Below, in pieces: positions 52,043 through 63,547 of a DNA stretch of 64,000 nucleotides. The number at the start of each line of letters is the position of its first letter. The first letter of the stretch is position 1. A program made the translations under genes and the position numbers. Source of the stretch: Octopus sinensis (Eukaryota); contig NC_042997.1 of NCBI RefSeq assembly GCF_006345805.1, positions 191,704,001-191,768,000 on the forward strand, given 5' to 3'. The notes beneath the pieces are model-generated. The model did no database searches, was not told the DNA's origin, and worked only from the letters and a program-made list of their open reading frames with translations.

Positions 52043-52269
52043 TTAACCCTTTAGCATTCAAACTATTCTATCAAATGTAATGCTTATTTATTTGCATTAT
52101 TTTGAATTGATCATGCACTATATATAGCTTTGAGATTTCACTGATATGAATGTTTATTTTTAATATGATATTGTGGACTAGGTGTGAGAGGCCACATCTA
52201 GGTAATCCGATGATAAAACAGGTCAAATATTTGGGCTTGATATGGCTGGTTTAAATGCTAAAGGGTTAA
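52043..52269. mobile_element. piggyBac-type MITE (family 1)
   Basis: TTAA|CCCTTTAGCATT ... AATGCTAAAGGG|TTAA. Confidence 0.88.
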
Positions 52270-52615
52270 CAGAAGTGGTACATTTGACATTGCTGTCACA
52301 CAGTAATGTCAAAGTTTTAAGAGGTAAATAACCTCAAAAATATTGTTTTCTAAATTCATAACTTTCTCCATGTAAATCATCAGTGACTTTATTGTGTGAT
52401 GTTCATATTCTGAAATTACGTGAGCCATGGTTATTGTTCTCCATTGTCATTTCTCTTTAATAGCAGTGCTGAATACAAAGATTTGTAGTTAGAGTTAAAA
52501 ATTAAAATAATTGTGAAGAATGAAGAAACATGGGTTCAGCAGTCACCAATTCACCGGTTTTTCTGTTCTCTGGTAGAAAGTGAAAAAAAGGCACGTTAGT
52601 TAATATTACACTGAC

Positions 52616-52809
52616 CGTAACCTTTGATATTTTCGATGCAGTTTACTGAATGTACTGATTTTTCCAGAGAAATTGCCCCGAGTAGAAGTACGTATTTGCT
52701 GCATTGAATTTCCATACTGAGACGTTATAGGAGCTGGCATTCTGTGTGAATTTTTTGACATGTCCTGTTGAGACTGGTGTTGAGTAGGTATCATCTCATG
52801 ATGGGATTG
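52616..52809 (-). CDS. RBM33: RBM33-like coding exon
   Basis: Pyrimidine tract + AAG|QSHHEMIPTQHQSQ...RKYQRL(R)|GTCAGT; phases 0/2; an alternative donor would end the exon at 52622. Confidence 0.82.
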
Positions 52810-53535
52810 CTTGATTGGAAGAAAGAAAATTAGAAACATTGATTAGTTCATAGAGAGCAATCAAGGTAAGAAAAGTCAATTATCTTCAACAGAATGGTAA
52901 TCAATAACATAATAGCAATACCAAAGCAGTCATGAAATATAAATATAAAGGTCTTCTAAATCCCAAATAATTTTGAGAGGTAATGTTTAGCTTCAATTTC
53001 AAGGTGTTAAGTAGATGAGAGACAGATCTCCATCTGGATAGTACATGAGATAAAATTCTCTTGAGATTTGGTAACTTTTTCCCCAACAGCTAAGTGATCT
53101 AAAGCAATATAAAATAAAGCATGTTGTGGATTTGAGCCCATAATCTGTGAATAAGTAGCCTAATACTTTATCAATTCATCTAGCATAACCTCTATGTATA
53201 CTTGTTCACTCAGCAGTGTTGGCCATCTTGCTGAAATGACTCTTAACTGAATAGGATTGGTTATGAGTATCTCTGCAGCTTTCAGATCAGATCGTATTGA
53301 CCTTGAACATCTGTACACTGCTAACCAGCACATTTTGAATAATAACACCTTGTTGTGCCCACATCTCCAGTAAACCATAGATTGGCTTAGAGAATTTACT
53401 CTGGAATTCAAGCGCTTCACAAGGTTATATAGTTAACAAAGGAATGCATCAACAACATCAGCATTTTAATGCCTATTTTCCACTCTATATTATGGCAGAA
53501 TCATTAACACATCAAAGTGCTTAATGGCATATCTT

Positions 53536-53750
53536 ATTTCTTTATTGCCCACAAGGGGCTAAACAAGGACAGACAAAGGGATTAAGTAGATTACATCGAC
53601 CCCAGTGCGTAACTGATACTTAATTTATCGACCCCGAAAGGATGAAAGGCAAAGTCGACCTCGGCGGAATTTGAACTCAGAACGCAATGACAGACAAAAT
53701 ACCACTAAGCATTTTGCCCGCGTGCTAACGTTTCTGCCAGCTCGCCACCT
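53536..53750 (-). mobile_element. Meta-domain SINE (family C) with 13-bp TSD
   Basis: TSD AATGGCATATCTT at 53523 and 53753. Confidence 0.9.
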
Positions 53751-53924
53751 TCAATGGCATATCTTTCGGCCAAGGTCAATTTTGCCTTTCATCATTTTGG
53801 GTTTGATAAAAAAAGATAAGTACTATTTGAGCACTAGGGTCAATGAAATGCATTAACACCTCCTACTAAAATTGTGGCCTTGCATCAAAATTTGAAACAG
53901 TTGTTAATATTTATCTTATTATTA

Positions 53925-54135
53925 AGGTGGCAAGCTGGCAGAATCATTAGCATGCTGGACAAAATGCTGCTAAGCATTTTGTCAGCCTTTACTTTCTGTG
54001 TTCAAATTCCACAGAGACCAACTTTACCTTTCATCCTTTGAGGGTTGATAAAATAAGTACCAGTTGAGCACTGGGAGTAATGTAATCAACTTACCCCACT
54101 CCCTTGAATTTGATAGCCTTGTGCCAAAATCTGAA
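53925..54135 (+). mobile_element. Meta-domain SINE (family C), diverged
   Basis: GGTGGCAAGCTGGCAGAATCATTAGC..CCTTTCATCCTTT..GATAAAATAAGTACCAG. Confidence 0.8.
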
Positions 54136-54175
54136 GCCAGTATTTATCTTATTATTTATATACAAAATCGTTTCC

Positions 54176-54401
54176 TTAACCCTTTCATTACTGTATTTAT
54201 TTTGAGATGCTCTGTGTTTCTTTCAATTACTTTAAATATAACAAAATTTAGTAAAATAACTTAATTATCCTTCAACTAGTATTAGGAACATAAATTGTGA
54301 CTAAGGTTTGGTGGAAGATTTTAATTCAAAACTTATGAAAACAAGACATTTGTACTCAGAGCCAGAGCTGGTTTCAGCCGGGTTGGTAATGAAAGGGTTA
54401 A
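54176..54401. mobile_element. piggyBac-type MITE (family 2)
   Basis: TTAA|CCCTTTCATTAC ... GTAATGAAAGGG|TTAA, perfect 12-bp TIR. Confidence 0.9.
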
Positions 54402-54470
54402 GACATCTGTGGGAACAACTCTTTAATTTTTAATACATTAAGTTCCAACAACAAATAAAGATGTCAATAC

Positions 54471-54820
54471 CTGAACTGGCTGAACTTGATACTGTGGACG
54501 TGGTTGGAATGGCTGCTGCATCGGTGGAGCAGCAGTGGCGCCAGGCTGGTGTTGGGGCACAGAGTGAACTTGTGAAGGATGAAGGGGATGTTGTTGATGA
54601 ACTTGAGGAGATGGTGGTGGAGGTGAAGACATAAAGTGAGGAGCCTGTGGTGCAGGCATGAGATGGGACTGGGAAGTTTGGCGGAAAATCATGGATTGGT
54701 CATTGACTGGACGGGAGGGGACAGGTGCAGGAGCTGATTGGTAGGGCTGACTTATATGGTACACTGAAGGTGGTTGCTGATTTGGTACAGGAGCCAAGCT
54801 TTGAATTGGCTGAGGAGCAC
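54471..54820 (-). CDS. RBM33: RBM33-like coding exon (Pro/Gln-rich)
   Basis: TTTTCCTTCAG|(G)APQPIQSLAPVPNQQPP...QVQPVQ|GTATTG; phases 1/0. Confidence 0.9.
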
Positions 54821-55544
54821 CTGAAGGAAAAAAAATATCAGTGGTATTAAAAGAACTTATTTAACAACAACACTTTTAAAAGTAAATATGTTATCAAAAA
54901 AAAAAAAAAGTTGCTATTGTCATCATCATCATCGTTTCCACTTTTCCATGCTTGCATGGATTCGATGGAATTCACTGAGGCAGATAGATTTTCAATGGAT
55001 GGGTGAACTGTAGAAGTATAACCAGTTTATTGGTGTAATTTTTAGTAACAAAATCTTATATGTGCTCCAGCTGAGAACCACTGATCTAAGTTATGGTGTA
55101 GGCATGGTCATGTAGATTCAGTGTCCACTTCATAACTATGTGGTTTCAGGTTCTATTTGTATTTTGGCAAATGTCCTCTATAACCTTGGGCTGACTAATG
55201 CTTTGGAAGTGAAATTAGTAGCAGAGACAGTATTTGAAGCCCATCGTGTGTGTGGGTGGATGCACATGAATGCATACATGCTGCACTATATTGTATGACA
55301 TCATTTGAACAATCAGTGATGTTATGTTTACATCCAGCAGCACATGAACTTTTGACTTGTGACAACCAGTTAAATGAAAAATCCCTTATTTCCAACAGTA
55401 AGTGGGAATTGGTTACAAGAAGGACCCTGTCAACATCATTTAACATTCATTTTCCATGCCGGCATGAGTTGGAGAGTTTGACAGGATCTATTAAGCTGTA
55501 GGGCTGTGCTGAACTCCAATGTCAGCTTCGGCATGGTTTCTATG

Positions 55545-55754
55545 GTGAGCTGGCAGAAATAGTAGCACACTGGACGAAATGCTCAGCAGTATTTCGTCTG
55601 TCTTTACGTTCTGAGTTCAAATTCTGCCGAGTTTGACTTTGCCTTTCATCCTTTTGGGGTTGATAAATTAAGTACCAGTTGTGTACAAGAGTCGATCTAA
55701 TCAACTGGTCTCCTCACCCAAAATTTCAGGCCTTGTGCCTAGAGTAGAAAAGAA
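55545..55754 (+). mobile_element. Meta-domain SINE (family C)
   Basis: GGTGAGCTGGCAGAAA head, GAGTTCAAATTC B box, Meta-type core. Confidence 0.85.
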
Positions 55755-56093
55755 TGTATACTGAATGCTATTTTTCATGCCACCAGTTCTTGTGAGGTCT
55801 CTAAGTAACTTTTAAGACAGAAAAAAAGAAAGAGACCACCCCTCCCTGACTAAGTGGTGGGGGAGAGGAATATTTGAGAATTGGAGACTGCCTCAATAAG
55901 TTTTTGTCCAACCCATGCATTGTGGAAAAACTGACAAAAAAAAATTTACAATTCTTTTTTTATAAGTTTATGGTAATTCAATGCCATACAATCAATTACT
56001 TCAGAAGAGTTTCAACAAAAACAATAATTTGATCAATGCAAACAAATTTGCATAAATATAACAATGTCAGGAAGATTGTCAAAACATGATTAC

Positions 56094-56234
56094 CAGAGTA
56101 CTGTGGAGGAACTGTGTTAATTTGAGATGGGATTGGAGCTGCCATTGGAGGGGCAGCAGGCATTTGTTGATGTTGAACTGGTGGTGGTGGTGGAGGCGGT
56201 GGTGGTGGCTGAAGACTTTGAGGTTGGGGAGCAG
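56094..56234 (-). CDS. RBM33: RBM33-like coding exon (poly-Pro)
   Basis: AAACAG|(A)APQPQSLQPPPPPPPPPVQHQQMPAAPPMAAPIPSQINTVPPQYS|GTAATC; phases 1/1; this frame is not in the ORF track. Confidence 0.9.
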
Positions 56235-56619
56235 CTGTTTATATGGAAAAAGAAAAGAAAAAAAAGGGTCAACTGTAATAAAATATACATGATGATGATC
56301 ATCATTTCTTTTATTCTTTTCCCATTTACTTTTACATCAATCACATTATTACAATATCTTTGTAACACCTACACCAGTCACAGGCAAACTGTGGCCCATG
56401 GGACTTTCGGAATGGTACACTTAATGAAAAATTGCCTTGAATTATTTTAGTAGAGCAGCTCACCTGATGGTGAGCAATATATCTTATGCAGTGTGCTTCT
56501 TGTAAAAGTAGTAATTCTTAAAAATAATTTTAGTAATTCCTAAAAAACAAACAAATGAACTAAGTCTGCTGTTTCACCAGGCCATTCTATCAGAGTATCC
56601 AATGATAAAGGAGAAATAT

Positions 56620-57160
56620 GACTGGCACTCCATCAGTTATGATGATGAGTGCTCCAGTTGATCTGATCAACGAAACAGTCCGTATGTAAAATTAATGTGC
56701 AAGTGGCTGAGCACTCCACAGACATGCAAACCCAGCAGTGAGCTGGCAGAAACATTAGCACACCGGGCGAAATGCTTAGCGGTATTTTGTCTGCCGCTAT
56801 GTTCTGAGTTCAAATTCCACTGAGGTCGACTTTGCCTTTCATCCTTTCGAGGTCATTTAAATAAGTACCAGTTACACACTGGGGTTGATATAATCGACTT
56901 AATTTGTTTGTCCCCTCTGTGTGTAGCCCCTTGTGGGCAGTAAAGAAATAAGACATGCAAACCCTTAATGTATATCTCAGGGGGATTCAGCATGACACAA
57001 TGTGACAAAGCCGGCCCTTTGAAATACAGGTACAACTCATTTTTACCAATTGAGTGGACTGGAGCAATGTGAAATAAAGTGTCTTGTTCAAGCACACAGT
57101 GTATCATCAGGAATTGAACTCACCATCTTACAATTGTGAGTCAAATACCTTAAACACTAA
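56620..57160 (-). mobile_element. tRNA-derived SINE with a family C SINE (56734-56950, +) nested inside
   Basis: The inner SINE is flanked by 14-bp TSD AGACATGCAAACCC (56720 and 56951); the outer SINE head resembles 35433-35600. Confidence 0.85.
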
Positions 57161-57473
57161 GAGAAATAAACATAAAAAAGAAACTCTGACATGGTGATAT
57201 ACATTGATACAGTTTTGGATTTTCCCATTTGTACATCCATTTCTATTTGAAATATCAGTTGTTTATTATCTATTGCTTTAGTTTCTCCCTTAATAAGATA
57301 AGCACAGATGTGGTTGTGTCATTAGGAAGTTTGCTTCTCAACCACATGGTAACAGGTTCAGTCCCAATTGCACAGCAGTTTGGGCAAGTGTTTTCGACTA
57401 TAGCTTTGAGGCTGAACAAAGCATTGAGAGTGGATTTGATAGATGGAAACCGAAAGAAACCTCTGTGTGTGCA

Positions 57474-57692
57474 TAGAAAAAGAATAGCTTGGGCAAAGTT
57501 TAGAGAGATCCTACCTCTGCTGGTGACTAAAGGCCTCTCGCTCAGAGTGAAAAGTAGACTGTATGACGCATTTGTGCAAACAATCATGCTACATGGCAGT
57601 GAAACATGGGCCGTGACTGCTGAGAACATGTGTAAGCTTGCAAGGAATGAAGCCAGTATGCTCCACTGGATGTGTAATGTCAGTGTGCATAC
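57474..57692 (+). mobile_element. Internal RTE ORF fragment inside a family A SINE (57303-57940)
   Basis: RIAWAKFREILPLLVTKGL...LHGSETWAVTAE...WMCNVSV, nearly identical to the protein encoded at 46640-46853. Confidence 0.9.
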
Positions 57693-58851
57693 CTTGATTG
57701 GAACTATAGTACGTAAATGTGTGTGTCTCCTAGTCTTGACATTACATGACAGTTGTAAATGAGTATCACTGTCATCCAAACAGTGTCGTTCATTTCCTAT
57801 ATTATATGGAAACATGCTTGGCCATGGAGAAATATTATCCTGCTCGGAAACATGATTATTGGTGACAGGAAGAGCATCCAACCTGCCTTGGTAAAGCCCT
57901 CTGATCCATGCAAGCATGGAAAAAAAAAGAGGACAATGTTGTATGTAAGTTGGGTTGTGTATTCTCCATTGACTGCAGAACAACATGCACCATGAGTATT
58001 GGCTGCAAGACAAAGCTTGCCTAGGCTCTGCTTAATATTATGTTAGTCATTTGGTTGTACCTAGATAGTGGAATGACTTCACGTGACATCAGTGGGAAAA
58101 GCATACCTTAATATAAAATTTTTTGTAGGGGAAAAAATGGGATCTGATAGCATAGCGACAATTCAAACCTAATGTCTCCTATGTACAAATGGCAAGGGAA
58201 GAGAACTTTTAGTATGTTGAGGCAGTGGCCCTCAAACTTTTGTCTTTCAAATTTTAGCAGACAAACAGATGTTGGCTTTGTCCACTGTTTATTTTCAAAA
58301 CTAAATAACCTCTAGAAATATTACAAAATAGTTATGAGTAGCAAATTATTTGACATGATCTGTTATAATATTTCTGATAATCAGCAGGGGCAATTTAACA
58401 AGTACATGACTGAGGCTAGCATCAGAATGGGACAGTTAAAACTATTGAAAGAAAACGTGGGCAAGTAGAAAGATCTTGATCAGACGTGGGCACCCCTTTT
58501 CGAGAAGTGGGCCACATGAGATACTGCTCATCATCAGGTGGGCTGCAATATTAAAAAAACTTCAAGTTAATTTTTCATTTAGGCATGCCACGCACAAAGT
58601 CCCATGGGCTGCAGTTTGCCCATGACTATTCTAGATGGATGACATTTGGGGGAAAAGGAGCTTAAAGTAACGGGATTAATAATTCATCTGGAAAGTTAGA
58701 TACTAGAGTTGAATTGTGTGACAGTAGGTGGGAGCAGAATCTATTGAAGTAATAGTAGTAATAATAATAGAAAACACAAGGAAAATCTAGACAGAACTTG
58801 AACAAAGCATAAAGTTTGAATTCAAAATTTAAAACAAAAAAGGCTACTAAC

Positions 58852-58996
58852 CTTGATATGGCTGTGAAACAGGAGTGTAGTGTGTCTGGGGATGCATCAT
58901 TGGTTGGGTATTTGGAGCATAAGAATGTTGTTGGGGTGCTTGTGGTGCTGCTGCAGGAGGCCAAGCTTCAGCAGGATTAGGCTGGACATAACTAGT
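58852..58996 (-). CDS. RBM33: RBM33-like coding exon (Pro/Gln-rich)
   Basis: TTCTTTCAACAG|TSYVQPNPAEAWPPAAAPQAPQQHSYAPNTQPMMHPQTHYTPVSQPYQ|GTTAGT; phases 0/1. Confidence 0.9.
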
Positions 58997-59019
58997 CTGT
59001 TGAAAGAAATCAAAACATC

Positions 59020-59345
59020 AACATCATCATCAGCATCGTTTAATGTCCATTTTCCATGCTAGCATGGGTTGGACGGTTTGACCGGGGTCTGGGAAGCCAG
59101 AAGGCTGCATCAGGCTCTAGTCCGATCTGGCAGTGTTTCTACAGCTGGATGCCCTTCCTAACGCCAACCACTCTGTGAGTGTAGTGGGTGCTTTTTACAT
59201 GCCACCAGCCCAGGATCCAGAGGAGGCTGGCAATGGCCACGATTGGTTGGTGCTTTTTATGTACCACTGGCATGGTAGCCAGTCAAGGTGGCGCTGGCAT
59301 TGGCTACGTTCAGATGGTGCTTTTTACGTGCCACCAACATGGGTA
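59020..59345 (-). mobile_element. RTE 3'-UTR fragment with 3 modules
   Basis: Matches 38263-38585. Confidence 0.85.
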
Positions 59346-59678
59346 TCGTTATTTCTTTATTATTTTAATGCCTACTTTTCCATGCTTGCATGGGTTGGAT
59401 GGAGTTAACTACTGAGGCAGATTTTTGACAGTCAGATGCCCTTCCTGTCACCAACCCACACATTACCAAGAAAGGAAAAATTTCCTCATGGTCAAATATC
59501 TTTTTGCAAAATATGGGAAATGAATGACACAGCTTGTATGACAGTGACAATCATTTACAACTATCAAGTGACATGAAGAGAAGGAGACACAAACACACAC
59601 ACACCTATACATACAAATTAATCTGAAGTGATGCAACATCCCCTTTTCTTCCTGGGAAAACAAAGCATCAGAATGCAG

Positions 59679-59908
59679 ACAGCGAGCTGGCAGAAACGTT
59701 AGCACACCGGGCGAAATGCTCACTGGTATTTCGTCTTTCGTTACGTTCTGAGTTCAAATTCCGCCGAGGTCGACTTTGCCTTTCATCTTTTCGGGGTCGA
59801 TAATTTAAGTACCAGTTACGCACTGGGGTCAATGTAATTGACTTAATCCCTTTGTCTGTCATTATTTGTCCCCACTATGTTTAGCCCCTTGTGGGCAATA
59901 AAGAAATA
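59679..59908 (+). mobile_element. Meta-domain SINE (family C) with TSD
   Basis: TSD AGAATGCAG at 59670 and 59909. Confidence 0.9.
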
Positions 59909-61253
59909 AGAATGCAGGACCTGTCACCAATCCTGTTTCTCTTCAATTCAAAGATTTGAGCAAAGTTGGCTCCAACATTAAGACCAAATTCGTGCAAGCA
60001 TGAAGGCATGCTGTCAAAACGCTACTCTTTTAAATGAAAACTTTACCTGTCATTGAGGATTTGTGGCATGAAGCAAAGCAGGCCTTGCAGTCAACTCAAA
60101 AAAAAAAAAAAAACACATACTGAATGATCCACTCACACTCAAGCAAACTGAGTCCTCAACTTGTTCCTTTTGCCATAAAGTTTGCAAGACAGCAGCAGGC
60201 CTCAAAAGACACATTTGTGCCCATAGAACATGATTAACACTTTATTTTACTGAACCCTCATTTGTTGTTCACAATATATTCCATCATGTACATATATATA
60301 GTATAAAGAGGGGATCAATTAACTAGATCAAGGAAAATTAACAGTGAAGCACATTGCATATCTTGGGTAGGAAGTTTATTCTCAAAACTCTTAAGCTTAT
60401 AAGAAAAGCACATACATTAAGTATGTGGACATTGGTAATGTTTTCATTAGTAGAGCTGTTTCTAATTCAAAATTTAATTTTGTTTTACTTGTGCAGCACT
60501 GGAGCACTTCAGCAGATAGATTTTTACACTATTTGCATTTATACCTCAGACCAGCGATTTGAATTCGTTTTGAGGATGACTCAAGTATATAGTGGTGTTG
60601 AGCTGAAATAACAGTGAAAGATCAATATCCACCATTTTCTTACCCCTAAGGAGCAATTCGTTTCGCCTGGTTTTGAGGCCTTGTGTTTTTTAACACTCGA
60701 TATTTTAAAGGGATTGACCTTGGATGAAATTCCCCAGCTATTAAGTGTATAGACAAAAAACATACATCAAGCATGTGACATCAGTAATATATATATATAT
60801 ATTCATACATAAAGGGCTTCTTTCAGTTTCCATCTACCGAATCTATTCACAAGGCTTCGCTGAACCCAGAAATTCATCATACAGCCATGTCTGCACCTAT
60901 GTAGAGGTTCACTTGATAGTTCATGTTATATTAATTATTCTATGATGGGGAAATTGTTGCAGCAATCAATCATATATGATGCCATTCTCTCAGCTAATCT
61001 TTGGTGGTAAAATCTCTGTGTGTGTGTATGTTAGCAAAATTGAGACAAGCAGAGTAATGTACCTTGTGCAAACAGTGAAAATGGAACTTTTGCCAATTTC
61101 TTCAGTAAATCCTGAACTGTAATCTCGCAAACTACTGGTGACCCAAAACATGAAAACAAAAGCAATTGAAGCTACATAACCAAAGCTGCAACAAGAGCAT
61201 TTTTCAAACTGAAAAGTAAGAGCAAAATGCATTGGGTAACAAGTGTGAAATAC

Positions 61254-62098
61254 CTGCTGCGTAACTGGTTGGTAATGTCGATGTCTCTGCTGTGGTTGTT
61301 GAAGCATTGGAGTAGATGCAATAGCAGATGATGATGGTATCACAGGAGGCGGTTGGCTTTCAAGCTTAGCTCCACGGAAATGTGGATTAATGAGTATTTT
61401 ACGTCCTTGTTGTTGTGAAGGGTTACTATTGGTAGGGGCCATCACAACTGATGGAGGTGCTGCTAAAGGAGCTGATGACGTCATAGACACCGGCTGGGTG
61501 TAATGGTGAGGGACTGCAGACTGGGGTTGATTGGTTACTACACTCGGATGCTGCGGCTGTGGTTGCTGATACATATGGCTTGGATGATGCATTACCTGAG
61601 GAGTAGAAGCAGGATTAGGAGATGGAGGGGGATGCTGGGGAACTTGAGGGTGATGGTGTTGTTGCTGTGGTATGTGTTGCTGTTGTTGTTGGTGGTGATG
61701 CTGCTGCTGATGATGATAGATGTGTTGTTGTGGTGGTGGTGGTTGCTGCTGTTGTGCTTGGGGCTGTGGCTGCTGCTGTTGCTGTTGTAGGTGAGGTTGA
61801 TTTGCAGTGTGATGCTGATTGTAACTTCCTCTTCCTGTTATTGTGATGGGGTAGACTTCAGTCTCAGCAACAGTTATGTTTGGATTGCTCTGGACTTTAT
61901 AACCACCAGGTCTCTTGTCAGTCAGATGTGAAGGTGGTTGCATGTTGGAAGCAGTGGTATTACTTGTCCAAGTATTGTACGTTGCTTGTCTGGCATGCAC
62001 TCTGTTATCATGCCCTCCGCGGTAACCACGCCTTCCACCACGACGATTTCGCTCATTTAAAAATTGATCAATTTGTGCTTGTTGTTCTTCACTTATCT
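61254..62098 (-). CDS. RBM33: RBM33-like coding exon (RGG, His/Gln/Pro-rich, ILINPHFRG motif); the gene continues upstream beyond the window
   Basis: TTCAG|(E)ISEEQQAQIDQFLNERNRRGGRRGY...RKILINPHFRG...QPVTQQ|GTATTT; RRGGRRG and INPHF(K/R)G are RBM33 motifs as I recall them; phases 1/0. Confidence 0.92.
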
Positions 62099-62209
62099 CT
62101 GAATTAGTGTGAAAAGAAAATCATTAGATTATTAGAATTTTGATGATTAACGTGGAATGATTGTGAAAATACATTTATATACGTCTTACAAAGAATCATT
62201 AACTAAAAT

Positions 62210-62641
62210 ACTCTTACTCTTTACTCTTTTACTTGTTTCAGTCATTTGACTGCGGCCATGCTGGAGCACCGCCTTTAGTCGAGCAAATCGACCCAAGAAC
62301 TTATTCTTTGTAAGCCCGGGACTTATTCTTTGTAAGCCCAGTACTTATTCTATCGGTCTCTTTTTGCCGAACCGCTAAGTGACGGGGACGTAAACACACC
62401 AGCATTGGTTGTCAAGCAATGCTAGGGGGAAAAACACAGACACACAAACACACACATATATATACATATACATATATACGACAGGCTTCTTTCAGTTTCC
62501 GTCTTCCAAATCCACTCACAAGGCATTGGTCGGCTCGGGGCTATAGCAGAAGACACTTGCCCAAGATGCCACACAGTGGGACTGAACCCGGAACCATGTG
62601 GTTGGTTAGCAAGCTACTTACCACACAGCCACTCCTGCGCC
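62210..62641 (-). mobile_element. SINE family A, full length, with an internal 21-bp duplication
   Basis: Reverse complement of 2630-3038; TSD CTAAAATA; ACTTATTCTTTGTAAGCCC occurs twice. Confidence 0.9.
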
Positions 62642-62844
62642 TAAAATATCTAAGTTAATTATATATTTCTTAAGATTTTAAAATAAAATAAAAAATAGCA
62701 AAGGATAAACATGGATGTTTGGATCAAGCCTGAAATCTTACAGAAGCAAAAACAGAAATTGTAAAGCAAAACGTTTATAATACAACTTAAACACTAGAAA
62801 TGCTCTATATTATCTACTTTACTGTACCTACCGTTTACAAATTG

Positions 62845-63400
62845 GTCACATAAAAGGCAGCCAGTGGTCGCCTGACTGGCACTCGTGCTGGTGGCATGTA
62901 AAAAGCAATGTTCAAGTAAGGCCAATGGCAATGCTGTCCGACTCACACCCGTGCTGGTGGCAGGTAAAAAGCATCATTCAAGCATAGTTGATGCCAGTGC
63001 TACCTGACTGGCACATAAAAAGCACCATTCGAATGTGGTTGATGCTAGTGCTACCTGACTGGCTCCCATGCTGGTGACACATAAAAAGCACCATTCGAGT
63101 GTGTTGATGCCAGTGCTGCCTGACTGGCTCCTGTGCTGGTGACATGTAAAAAGCACCATTCAAGTGTGACTGATGCCAGTGCTGCCTGACTGGCAAGTAA
63201 AAAGCACTATTTGTGGTTGATGCCAGTGACACCTGACTGGCTCCTGTGTTGGCGGCACATAAAAAGCACCCACTAAACTCTCAGAGTGGTTGGTGTTTGG
63301 AATGGCATCTAGCTGCAGAAACCTTGTCAGTTCAAACTGGAGCCTGGTGCAGCCTCCTGGCTTGCCAGTCCTCAGTCAAACTGTCCAACCTATGATGATG
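62845..63400 (+). repeat. RTE 3'-UTR fragment with an expanded array of 8 modules
   Basis: RTAAAA(A)GCA-type motif at ~62850, 62898, 62964, 63015, 63081, 63146, 63197 and 63259, followed by the RTE tail. Confidence 0.9.
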
Positions 63401-63547
63401 CTGGGGATTATAGGAAATTGCAGAGTTTATGTCACCCCCCACCACCACCACCACCAGACCGTCCACGAAAGAGGCTCAGAATTGGGCATGATTTGTCCTG
63501 CCAATTTACAAGTTTAAATGTATAGCATGTCAGTTTTGACAGTGATT

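Larger units (their letters stand above)
50190..52096. repeat. Triplicated ~375-bp intronic unit containing a Tc1/mariner-type MITE
   Basis: Units start at ~50190, ~50957 and ~51718; each has TA|CAAGGGGGTACTGAAAA-type ... TTTTCAGTACCCCCTTG|TA TIRs plus the first ~50 bp of a TTAA MITE. Confidence 0.92.

Noticed and set aside
60990-61253. Hydrophobic 3' extension of ORF 60990-62000
   Set aside because: Read-through past a good phase-0 donor into intron; composition changes abruptly and there is no evidence for an alternative terminal exon
61503-61846. Leu/Val/Trp-rich membrane-like plus-strand ORFs (also 56086-56450)
   Set aside because: Antisense of the Gln/His/Pro codon runs in RBM33 exons
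62845-63275. CRISPR-like look of the repeat and spacer array
   Set aside because: The 'spacers' are homologous to each other, the context is eukaryotic, there are no cas genes, and the array is part of a LINE 3' UTR
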